Assembly (NCBI GenBank): GCA_964586785.1
Contig: CAZPHS010000003.1
Span: forward strand, 5,062-69,061
DNA: 64,000 nt
Origin: an uncultured Christensenellaceae bacterium
Lineage (GTDB): Bacteria > Bacillota > Clostridia > Christensenellales > SZUA-584
Reading direction: 5' to 3'
This document shows positions 55,437-64,000 of the stretch, piece by piece. Position 1 is the stretch's first letter. The number at the start of each line of letters is the position of its first letter. Below the pieces are notes generated by a model. It did not search any database. It saw only the letters and a list, made by a program, of their open reading frames with translations, and had not been told where the DNA came from. The position numbers were made by a program, and so were the translations under genes.

Positions 55437-56026
55437 TGTGGATATATGAAAAGAAGCTTGAATACCCCGTTAAAATCAAAAAGCCCGATCCGAGAATGGC
55501 TAAAGTGGTAATTACGCAATACGGCGGGCCGGACGGGGAGCTTGCGGCGTCGCTTCGGTATTTAAGCCAGAGGTTTTCTATGATTACACCGGAAGCGAAG
55601 GCGACGCTTAACGATATAGGCACGGAGGAGCTGGCGCATCTTGAGATGATTGGCACCATGGTAAAGCAGCTTACCGAAAACGCCAGCGTAGAGGAAATAG
55701 AAAAGGCGGGGCTCGCCCCGTATTACGCCGACCACGACAGGGCGGTATATCCGGCTAACGCGTCGGGGAATCCGTTTACGGCGGCTTATATTCAGTCTAA
55801 GGGAGACCCCATAACGGATTTGTATGAAGATATGGCCGCGGAACAAAAAGCGCGCTCTACTTACGAATATCTTATACAGCTGGCAAGCGACCCCGATGTG
55901 ATAGAGCCGCTGAGATTTTTAAGAGAGCGTGAGATTGTACACTTTCAGCGTTTCGGCGAGGCTCTTCGCCGCGTGCAGGACTATCTTGGAAATAAAAAAC
56001 GCTTCAGCTACAAAAGCCGCGGCTGA
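55436..56026 (+). CDS. cotJC: spore coat protein CotJC (manganese-catalase/ferritin-like)
   Basis: MWIYEKKLEYPVKIKKPDPRMAKVVITQYGGPDGELAASLRYLSQRF...EELAHLEMIG. Confidence 0.9.
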   Translation: MWIYEKKLEYPVKIKKPDPRMAKVVITQYGGPDGELAASLRYLSQRFSMITPEAKATLNDIGTEELAHLEMIGTMVKQLTENASVEEIEKAGLAPYYADHDRAVYPANASGNPFTAAYIQSKGDPITDLYEDMAAEQKARSTYEYLIQLASDPDVIEPLRFLREREIVHFQRFGEALRRVQDYLGNKKRFSYKSRG

Positions 56027-56042
56027 TTGTAACCGCGCAAAT

Positions 56043-56070
56043 ACGGGGCTTGCGCAACCGCAGGCCCCGT
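56043..56070. terminator. hairpin between convergent cotJC and copA (possible bidirectional terminator)
   Basis: ACGGGGC (56043-56049) pairs with GCCCCGT (56064-56070). Short T/A runs lie on both sides. Confidence 0.45.
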
Positions 56071-56084
56071 TTATCGCCTGCATT

Positions 56085-58550
56085 TTATCTCGTTTTTATT
56101 TTAAAGCTTCTGAGGCGCAGCGCGTTGGATACAACGGAGACTGAGCTTAAAGCCATCGCCGCCCCCGCGAACATAGGGTTTAGCAGCGGACCGCCGAAAA
56201 TATAGAAAACGCCTGCGGCAAAGGGTATGCCCAGAGCGTTGTAAATAAACGCCCAAAACAGATTCTGTCTTATTGTGCGCATTGTGGCGCGGCTTAAGGC
56301 GATTGCCGTCGCCACTTCGTTAATATCTCCCCGCATGAGCACAATATCGGCGGATTCCACGGCTACGTCCGTTCCGGTGCCTATAGCCATTCCAATATCA
56401 GCCGCAACCAGCGCCGGCGCGTCGTTTATGCCGTCGCCCACCATAGCGACTTTTTTGCCCCCGCGCATAAGATTTTGTATCTGCTCCGCCTTATCACGCG
56501 GCAGCACGTCCGCCAGTACGCGGCGTATGCCCGCCTCTTTAGCTATAGCGTCCGCGGTGTTTTTGTTGTCTCCCGTTATCATAATAACGTCTATGCCCAT
56601 GCGATAAAGCGCGGATACGGCTTTTTTGCTTGTGGCTTTAAGAGAGTCGGCCGCCGCCATAAGCCCTATAAGCCGTCCATCGGCCGCTATATACATAAGC
56701 GTCCGCCCTTTTTGTGAAAGTGCTTGCGCATCGTTTAGCGATACGGCGACGTCTATGCCGTTTTCGCTCATAAGCTTTATGTTGCCGGCAAGCACGCGTT
56801 TTCCGTCCGCGTAAGCGTCTATGCCCCTGCCGGGAACCGCGGTAAAAGACTCGGGCTCAAAAGTTTTAAGCCCAAGCTCTTTTGCGCGTTCCGCAATAGC
56901 GCGCGCTATGGGGTGCTCCGAGCCTTTCTCGGCGGAAGCGGCAAGCCCAAGCAACGCGTCTTTGTCAAACCCGTTATACGCGACGATATCCGTAAGTTTC
57001 GGCTTGCCCTCCGTAAGCGTGCCGGTTTTATCAAAAACCACCGTATTTATACCGTGAGCCGTCTCCAGCGCTTCCCCGCCCTTTATAAGTATTCCAAGTT
57101 CGGCGCCCTTGCCTGTGCCCGCCATTATTGCCGTGGGAGTGGCAAGACCGAGAGCGCAGGGGCACGCGATAACCATGACGGTTACAAAGCTGTTAAGCAC
57201 GTAATCGAACTCGCGTCCGGCAAGCGCCCAGCCTATGCCGCTTAACAAAGCTATAATAATTACAGCGGGTACGAAATACCCCGATACTTTATCGGCTATC
57301 TTGGCTATAGGCGCTTTTTTATTCTGAGCGTCCTCCACAAGCCGTATAATCTGCGCCAGCGCGGTGTCCTCACCCACGCGGGTCACCTTAAATTTAAGCA
57401 GCCCCTCGCCGTTTATACTGCCGCCGGTAACGGCGCTGCCCGGGTGCTTTTCCACGGGCAAACTTTCGCCCGTAAGCATGGATTCGTCTACGGAGGATAT
57501 GCCGTCGGAAACCACGCCGTCGACGGGGATTGAAGAGCCGGGGCGCACAAGCGCCGTATCCCCGACGGCAACCTCGTCAATGGGCACTTCCGTTTCTATG
57601 CCGCCGCGTATAACCGCCGCGGTTTTCGGCGCCAGCTTTAAAAGCTTTTTTATTGCCAAAGAGGTTTTTCCTTTGCTTACCGCCTCAAGATACTTTCCGA
57701 GCATAACAAGTGTGACGACTACCGCTGCGCTTTCAAAATACAGCGATGAGGCGAATGCCGTCTCGCCGAAATAAACCCTCGCGAGCGCGTACACGCTGTA
57801 GAAAAACGCGCTTCCCGTGCCTACCGCAACCAAAGTGTCCATATTGGGGGCTTTTTTAAACAGCATTTTAAAACCGTTTATGTAAAAATGGCTGCCCGCA
57901 AACAATACCGGTATGGTTAAAAAAAGCTGAACAAGCCCGAAGTTAAGCGGAAACATACGGTGGTCTAAAAATTGCGGAAGCGGCAATCCCAGAAAAGGAA
58001 TCATATGCGCCATTCCTATATAAAGCTCTAAAAAAGCGAAAACAGACGCTATCGCCAAGCGTGCCCGCATACCGCGAAGCGTTTTTAAACGCCTCTCCTC
58101 CTGTTCGTCGCGTCCGGCTTCTTCGGCGCGCGGGGTAAAGCCTGCGTCTTCAATAGCTTTTTTTATCTGCGCCAAATTTGTCAAATAGGCGTCGTATTCT
58201 ATACGCGCTTTATTTGTCGCTATATTAACAAAGGCGGATTTTGTCCCGGGCAGGCCTTTAAGAGCGCGCTCAACCGCCGCCGCGCAGGCGGCGCAGGACA
58301 TACCGTCTACGGCAAGCGTTAAGCCGCGCACATTATCCGCAATGCCGTACCCCGCGTCTTCCACGGCTTTTTTTATACGCGCGTAATCCGTTAAAGCCTC
58401 GTCGTATATAACGCGCATTTTTTCGGCGGATATATTGACGTTAGCCGAAACCACGCCGGTTTTTTTTGATACTTCTTTTTGCAGATGCGCCGCGCACGCC
58501 GCGCACGACATCCCCGTAATTTCATAAGTTTTCTCAGTCAAAATAATCAC
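56085..58550 (-). CDS. copA: copper-translocating P1B-type ATPase with two N-terminal HMA domains
   Basis: Two GMSCAACA metal-binding domains, the CPC transmembrane motif, DKTGTLT and GDGINDAP. The start may be TTG at 58541 (RBS AAAGGTGA) rather than GTG at 58550. Confidence 0.95.
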   Translation of the reverse strand: MIILTEKTYEITGMSCAACAAHLQKEVSKKTGVVSANVNISAEKMRVIYDEALTDYARIKKAVEDAGYGIADNVRGLTLAVDGMSCAACAAAVERALKGLPGTKSAFVNIATNKARIEYDAYLTNLAQIKKAIEDAGFTPRAEEAGRDEQEERRLKTLRGMRARLAIASVFAFLELYIGMAHMIPFLGLPLPQFLDHRMFPLNFGLVQLFLTIPVLFAGSHFYINGFKMLFKKAPNMDTLVAVGTGSAFFYSVYALARVYFGETAFASSLYFESAAVVVTLVMLGKYLEAVSKGKTSLAIKKLLKLAPKTAAVIRGGIETEVPIDEVAVGDTALVRPGSSIPVDGVVSDGISSVDESMLTGESLPVEKHPGSAVTGGSINGEGLLKFKVTRVGEDTALAQIIRLVEDAQNKKAPIAKIADKVSGYFVPAVIIIALLSGIGWALAGREFDYVLNSFVTVMVIACPCALGLATPTAIMAGTGKGAELGILIKGGEALETAHGINTVVFDKTGTLTEGKPKLTDIVAYNGFDKDALLGLAASAEKGSEHPIARAIAERAKELGLKTFEPESFTAVPGRGIDAYADGKRVLAGNIKLMSENGIDVAVSLNDAQALSQKGRTLMYIAADGRLIGLMAAADSLKATSKKAVSALYRMGIDVIMITGDNKNTADAIAKEAGIRRVLADVLPRDKAEQIQNLMRGGKKVAMVGDGINDAPALVAADIGMAIGTGTDVAVESADIVLMRGDINEVATAIALSRATMRTIRQNLFWAFIYNALGIPFAAGVFYIFGGPLLNPMFAGAAMALSSVSVVSNALRLRSFKIKTR

Positions 58551-58753
58551 CTTTCGCTAAATTTTTTTATGACAATATTTTTCTGTCCGCTCTTTGGCGG
58601 TTTTTGCGCCTATATCGTAAAAGGCAAACCCATTTATCAGCTTAATACTACTTAACAAATTAACTTTTTGTCAAACAAATAATGCGTCCGGCGGCGTTAT
58701 TTTCTTTTGTGCCGCGGCGGGAATATAAAAGGCGCGAGAGGTATTGTTACTTA

Positions 58754-58809
58754 TTGACATGATAAAAAGCATATGTTAGCATCCTTATTGCAAGGGCATT
58801 GCAATAAGG
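58754..58809 (+). promoter_or_regulatory. promoter followed by a perfect 11-bp inverted repeat overlapping the Shine-Dalgarno of the metal ABC operon
   Basis: TTGACA (58754-58759), 17 nt, TGtTAGCAT extended -10 (58774-58782). Then CCTTATTGCAA (58783-58793), GGGCA, TTGCAATAAGG (58799-58809). The right arm runs into AAGGAG, 8 nt before the ATG at 58818. Confidence 0.6.
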
Positions 58810-58817
58810 AGAAAAGA

Positions 58818-59699
58818 ATGCTTAAAAAGATACTGGCTTTGGCGGCGGCCGCCGCTTTATTGTGCGCTTCCGCGTGCGGCGGCGAAGGCTTTGCGCTGCG
58901 GGCGGCATATAAACTGACGGCGGCGGTAGGCATTGCGCCGCAGGCCGCTTTTGTGGAAAAGGTTGCCGGAGACCTCGCGCGGGTTATCACGGTCGTCCCT
59001 CCGGGCAATAATCCGGAAACATTTTCGCCCTCCTCGGCGCAGATGAAGGCTTTGTCGGACGCCGACGTTTATTTTACGCTTAATCTTCCTGCCGAGCAGG
59101 CGAATATACTGCCAAAACTTTATGATTTCAACGCGAATATATTGCTTGTTGACCTGCAGGCGGAAACGGCTTTGGTTTATCCCATGCTGCATTCCGCACA
59201 TGGTCAAAAAGACGGGGAAGCGACGGATTTTCATACGTGGCTGTCTCCCAAACGCGCGATAGTTATGGTGCAGACCATTGCCGATACGCTAAGCGGGCTT
59301 GACGAAGCGAACAGCGAAACGTATCAGGCGAATGCCGCAGGGTATATTAAAGAGCTGACCGCTCTTAACGCGGAGCTTAAAAATAAGTTCGCGGCGTATG
59401 AAAGCAAAGCGTTTATTATTTATCACGCGGCATACGCTTACTTTGCCGACGATTACGGGCTTGAAATGATAGCTATTGAAATTGAGGGCAAGAAGGCCTC
59501 GGCGGCGGACATGCGGGCGGTTATAGAGCTCGCGAGAGAGAGGGGCATAAAAACTATATTCTATCAGCGGGAATTCGACGCTAATCAGGCGAGCACGATT
59601 GCGCAGGAAATAGGCGGCGTTGCGGCGGAGGCCGCTCCGCTTTCAAAAGATTATATCGATTCGCTGCGCGATTTCGCGGCGGCCATAACGGGAAGCTGA
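58818..59699 (+). CDS. metal (Zn/Mn-type) ABC transporter substrate-binding lipoprotein, TroA/ZnuA cluster-9 family
   Basis: Signal peptide with lipobox (LLCASAC). HTWLSP and IIYHAAYAYFADDYGL segments are typical of the ZnuA/TroA family. The ORF-track start at 58773 is rejected. Confidence 0.8.
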   Translation: MLKKILALAAAAALLCASACGGEGFALRAAYKLTAAVGIAPQAAFVEKVAGDLARVITVVPPGNNPETFSPSSAQMKALSDADVYFTLNLPAEQANILPKLYDFNANILLVDLQAETALVYPMLHSAHGQKDGEATDFHTWLSPKRAIVMVQTIADTLSGLDEANSETYQANAAGYIKELTALNAELKNKFAAYESKAFIIYHAAYAYFADDYGLEMIAIEIEGKKASAADMRAVIELARERGIKTIFYQREFDANQASTIAQEIGGVAAEAAPLSKDYIDSLRDFAAAITGS

Positions 59700-60374
59700 A
59701 TGGATACGGCGATAGCTTTTAAGAATGTAAGATATTGCTTCGGTAATGTTTGCGCGCTCAACGGCGTGAGTTTTTCGGTTCCGAAAAATTCGCTGACTAT
59801 ATTGGCAGGCCCTAACGGGGGCGGCAAAAGCACGCTTATACGTCTTATCGCGGGGCTGCTTACTCCGGACGAGGGCGTTATAAACGGTTCGGGTATGGCG
59901 GCGTATGTGCCGCAGAACCTAAACTTTGATATTTCATTTCCCGTTACGGTCAAAGAGCTTGTTCTTATGGGAATGCTGAGCCGGAAAATACGTCCTTTTT
60001 ACCGTTTCAGCGCGGGGCAGCGCGCGGCCGCGGAAGACGCCATGCGGCGCGCGGGGCTTTCGGATATAGCCGACAGGGGAATAGGACAGCTTTCGGGAGG
60101 TCAGAGGGGGCGCGCGCTTATCGCTCGCGCGCTTGTGTCAAAGGCCGATATAATGGCTTTGGACGAGCCGGACGCCAGCCTTGATACGGACGCGGCGCGT
60201 TCGCTTTATTCCATGCTTGCCGAGCTTAAGAGTGAAAAGACAATAATTATGGCAAGCCATCATATTGGCGGCGTGCTCGGTATTGCGGATAATGTTATAT
60301 ATGTAAACGGAACGACAAGCGTTTATTACTCGCCGGATGAATTTAAAGAAAAGCGCGGGGGAGGCATCGCTTAA
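59700..60374 (+). CDS. metal ABC transporter ATP-binding protein
   Basis: GPNGGGKST, LSGGQRGR, ALDEPDASLD. Confidence 0.85.
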   Translation: MDTAIAFKNVRYCFGNVCALNGVSFSVPKNSLTILAGPNGGGKSTLIRLIAGLLTPDEGVINGSGMAAYVPQNLNFDISFPVTVKELVLMGMLSRKIRPFYRFSAGQRAAAEDAMRRAGLSDIADRGIGQLSGGQRGRALIARALVSKADIMALDEPDASLDTDAARSLYSMLAELKSEKTIIMASHHIGGVLGIADNVIYVNGTTSVYYSPDEFKEKRGGGIA

Positions 60375-61226
60375 ATGATAGAGGCCGTATTCACCTATAC
60401 GTTTTTACGAAACGCTCTTATAGCGGCGGTGCTCGCCAGCATAACGGGCGGCATTATAGGCGCCGTTGCCATAGAAAAAAAGCTTATAAGCATGTCCGGC
60501 GGGATAGCGCACGCGTCGTTCGGCGGCATTGGGCTTGGGTACTTGGTCGGGTTTGAGCCTATTTGGGGCGGTCTCGCTTTCGCGGTCGGCGCTTCGGCGC
60601 TTATAGCAAAAATGCCGTCCAACGCCCGGCTTAAAGCGGATACAATGACGGGAATACTCTGGTCTTTCGGAATGGCGCTCGGCATATTGTTTATTTCGTT
60701 AAGGCCGGGGTACGTTCCCGATATGACAAGCTACCTTTTTGGGGATATTCTTTCGGTATCCACGGATACCCTTATATATATGGCGGCGTTCACCGGCGCG
60801 GTGGTCGTTGTGTTTACTGTTTTTTACCGCCATTTAATTTTGTATATATTTGACGAGGAATATGCCGCGGCAACGGGTATAAGAACGGGCGTATTAAAAT
60901 GGATAGTATATATTATAATACCCGTAGGCATTATAGTGCTGCTTAAAATTGTAGGCATATTGCTTACCATAGCGCTTATGACCATACCCGTGTCGGCAGC
61001 GAAAATGCTGTGCAATTCTTTCGGGCGGGTTGTTGTCATATCGGTGTTTATAAGTCTTATATTCTGCCTTGCGGGGCTTGTTGTTTCCTACTATATAAAT
61101 ATTCCTTCCGGCGTGTGCATAATAGTTATAAGCACCGTTATTTATCTTTTTATGCTTATGATGCGCGGCGGCGTAACAAGATGGATACACAGCCGCACAA
61201 AACATCATTCACGGCGATTGCCGTAA
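60375..61226 (+). CDS. metal ABC transporter permease (ABC-3 family)
   Basis: 8-9 TM helices and FLRNALIAAVLASITGGIIG, typical of ZnuB/TroC-like permeases. Confidence 0.85.
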   Translation: MIEAVFTYTFLRNALIAAVLASITGGIIGAVAIEKKLISMSGGIAHASFGGIGLGYLVGFEPIWGGLAFAVGASALIAKMPSNARLKADTMTGILWSFGMALGILFISLRPGYVPDMTSYLFGDILSVSTDTLIYMAAFTGAVVVVFTVFYRHLILYIFDEEYAAATGIRTGVLKWIVYIIIPVGIIVLLKIVGILLTIALMTIPVSAAKMLCNSFGRVVVISVFISLIFCLAGLVVSYYINIPSGVCIIVISTVIYLFMLMMRGGVTRWIHSRTKHHSRRLP

Positions 61227-61374
61227 GCCGCGGCGCCGCATAACCCTTAAAATGTTATTAATAACTTTCGTATTCCGTTAATTGTGTTTATTTTGCCAAT
61301 TTGGTGGTATTAATGAAAAACAAATATATCCATGAAGAGGATTTTGTTTTTTGACCGATATTTACTCTATATTT

Positions 61375-64000
61375 TACGGCAAAGATGCGTTGCTTGCTCT
61401 TGATTCGCGTAAAAAGGTAAAGGAATGCAGCTCCCAACTATTAAAGCTTTTCGGACTCAAAGAACTTCATGACGGCATTGTATTTGACGAGATGTTCGAA
61501 TTGATAAGCGGCCAAATAGACGGCGATACCGGCTGGCGGCCGATTTGTGTTGTCTTTAAACCGACAGGGGTTAAAGCCGACGGGGTTGTATGCGGCGACG
61601 AAAACGGATACAGATTGATATTCTGGGAGCATGATATAAACGCGCAGTGTTTTGAGGTGGCGAGGGTTTCGCTTCTTTTCAGCCACATGCGGGAAGGAGT
61701 GGCAATTCACCGTCTTTTTTTCAAGGAAGGAAAAGCGGTCGATTATGTTATCGAGGGTATGAACGAAAGCTTTGCGGAAATGTTCGGGCTTAACAGGGAA
61801 AACGCGGAAGGGAAAATGGCGAGCAGTTTGTTTGAAGCGGGAAAAGCGCCTTTTTTAAGAAAGTTTGCCCGGGTGGTAAAATCAGCGCAGCCAAGCCAGT
61901 TTGACGCTTTTAACGCGCGTTTAAGCAGGCATTATTTGATTTCGGTTACGCCGTGGGACGAATGCCGCTTTGGCACGGTGGTTTCTGATTTGTCTCAAAG
62001 CCGTTATTCACAAATGCTGTATAAGGCGCTTAATGAAGCCGCCGCCGATATAAGCAATATTGTTGAAACGGACGAATTGTTTGACGGCACGGCAAAGGTG
62101 CTGCAGAAAAACGGTTTTGAATGTATGCTTCTCCTTCTTGACAGCAGCGCGCTGACGACGGGTATTTATCAAAGCTTCGGAGAGCCAAGGTACTTAAAGC
62201 ATACCGAACAAACCAACTTTATAGGCGGCATATGCGGAAAAGCCGTAAGGGAGCGCTGTTCCGCTTACATAGACAACTTAGATATGCGGGAAATATTGCA
62301 GAAAGCGGGATTTGACGACGGGTTAAAGTGCATAGCTTCGCCGCTTATAGTATCGGGAGAACTGAAAGGTATTTTTGTAATATTATCCCGCGGGTTAAAA
62401 CAAAGGGATATTGACGCCGTTACCGCTTTTGCTAATCAGCTCGCGGCGATTATGGAAAAAGCGGCTTTGATTAAAGATTTGCGGGCGCATATAGTTAAGC
62501 TGGAGATGTCAAGAAAAGCCCACAAAGACGCCGCCGAACGCCTAAAGCTTGCGTCGAGCGCGAGCCGCGTCGGCATATGGGATATCGATTTGATACGTAA
62601 AGTGGAATATATGGACACTACCCTTGAGAAGATTTACGGCATAGAGCCGGGCACATTTGACGGAAAAATAGAATCGTGGAGAAAGTTTGTTCACGCCGAC
62701 GATATAGAAAATGTTATAAAAGCTTATAAGAAAGCGCTTGGCGGAGGCGATGAATATTCGGTTGAATTCCGCATCATATTGAACGACGGGTCGGTTCGGC
62801 ATATAAGCAGCGCGGGAATGCTGCACAAAGACGACGGCGGAAAACCAGTTCGTATGGTCGGGACTGACTGGGATATAACGGAGAGAAAGAAAGCCGAGCT
62901 TGCGCTTACCGCCGAAAAAGAGCTTATGGGCGCGACATTAAGGTCGATAGGCGACGGAGTGGTGGTAACAGACAGGTACGCGCGCATAACGCTTGTAAAC
63001 GCTCAGTTCGAGCAGATTATAGGTTTAAAACGCGCCCAAATTCACGGGTGTTTATTCGGAGAGGTTGTAAAAACTATTGACGGCGGCTCGGGCGATTCGG
63101 ACGGTTTGCGGCTCATAGAGAAAACACTGCGCACAGGCCGTATCTATTCATACTCGGGGCGCGAGCTTTTGCGCAGCGACGGCAAGATTGTACCGGTGGC
63201 ATATACCGCGGCGCCCATAAAAGATTCGGGGTCTGATATATGCGGCAGCGTTATAGTTATACGGGATATTACCGAGGAAAAAAAGAAACAGGATAAAATA
63301 GACTATCTTTTATATCATGATTCGCTGACAGGCGTATACAACAGGCGATACTTTGAAATGATGCTTAGAAAATATGATACAAAGGAAAGCTTGCCCATAT
63401 CAATATTAAGCTGCGATGTAAACGGTTTAAAACTTACAAACGACGCTTTCGGTCACGGCGCGGGTGACCGGCTGTTGCAGCGTATGGCGGCAATAATGGA
63501 AAAAGCCGCGCGGCCGGAGGATACGGTAGCCCGAATCGGCGGGGACGAGTTTTATATACTTATGCCAAATGCCGATGAAAAGAAGGCGAAAAGAACATGC
63601 GAAAAAGTGAAAGAACTCGCGGCGAGCAACAACCGATTTGAGATAGACTCGTCCGTTTCCATAGGATTTGAAACCAAATACAGGCCTGATCAAAACATAA
63701 ACACTATTATAAAAAGGGCTGAAAGCAAGATGTACCGCATAAAGACGTTTGAGGACCCGGACAGAAGGGACAACTCAATAAACACAATATTGCTTACGCT
63801 GCATCAAAGAAGGCCGTATGAACAGCTTCACGCCCGACAGGTAAGCGATATCTGCGGCAAAATAGCGTGTCAAATGGGATTGAGCAAAAGGGAGATAAGC
63901 GAAATAAAAGCGGCGGGGCTTATGCACGACATAGGTAAAATAGCGGTGCCTGAAACCATTTTCAATAAGCCCGGCAAATTGACCGACGAGGAATGGACGG
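61375..64000 (+). CDS. multidomain c-di-GMP signalling protein: PAS-GAF-PAS-PAS-GGDEF-HD-GYP (3' end beyond window)
   Basis: Absent from the ORF track because there is no stop in the window. Frame-1 translation from the ATG at 61375 is open to 64000. It contains a GAF-like block, two PAS/PAC blocks (GIWDIDL...DWDITERK; GDGVVVTD...VIRDITEEK), then YHDSLTGVYNRRYFE...RIGGDEFYIL (GGDEF) and LMHDIGKIAVPETIFNKPGKLTDEE (HD-GYP). The start is uncertain. Confidence 0.8.

Noticed and set aside
58551-58753. A search for a CsoR or CopY operator, a copper chaperone, or a regulator next to copA.
   Set aside because: A plausible promoter (TTGACA-18-TAGTAT on the minus strand) is present. However, I found no TACAnnTGTA-type or GC-rich CsoR-type palindrome and no adjacent small gene, so nothing can be supported.
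1-64000. A scan for CRISPR arrays, defence-system hallmarks (reverse transcriptase, Cas, restriction-modification, toxin-antitoxin pairs), prophage genes and transposases.
   Set aside because: I saw no regularly spaced direct repeats and no such protein signatures. The only mobile-element traces are the two decayed remnants at the island edges.

Overview
This is a 64-kb window from a spore-forming Firmicute, probably a Clostridia-type genome. Supporting markers are cotJABC, RNase J, a T-box leader, HslUV, and the rplS-rbgA-rnhB and dprA-topA-trmFO-hslVU gene orders. I can support about 60 protein genes, one tRNA, one T-box riboswitch, three pseudogene remnants, and several promoters, operators and terminators. 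Two edge genes are missing from the ORF track because they run off the window: a HAD-IIA hydrolase (1-655, minus strand) and a PAS-GAF-PAS-PAS-GGDEF-HD-GYP signalling protein (61375 to the window end, plus strand).

The window has three parts.
(i) 1-3.98 kb is core: a patatin pair, lgt and a DivIVA-like gene.
(ii) About 3.98-30.8 kb is an accessory catabolic island. It is bounded by a decayed ParB-like gene on the left and, on the right, the 3' remnant of a large serine recombinase carrying an in-frame TAA, next to tRNA-Ser(GCU). By eye its base composition differs from the flanks.
(iii) 30.8-64 kb is core housekeeping.

The island carries three consensus promoters that share a LacI-type operator motif, and a ribose-type ABC importer with an ATPase-permease fusion. 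It also combines enzyme families linked to pyrimidine, ureide or cyclic-amide rings with sugar-acid end-pathway genes. The ring-linked families are a DUF523/TudS-like protein, a reversed PreA-PreT fusion, a creatininase-family hydrolase, a C-N hydrolase and an isochorismatase-family hydrolase. The sugar-acid genes are a UxuB-like SDR, an Eda-VOC fusion and KdgK. I read this as an uncharacterised pathway for a sugar-linked N-heterocycle; that reading is inference.

Other notable points:
- A T-box leader controls a GNAT acetyltransferase.
- trmFO has no canonical start codon.
- One of two tandem patatin genes has Gly in place of the nucleophile Ser.
- A strong orphan terminator lies in the intergenic region between the T-box and rplS promoters.
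- An inverted repeat upstream of the metal ABC operon overlaps its Shine-Dalgarno sequence.

All calls rest on reading the sequence and recognising motifs. No searches or computations were run.
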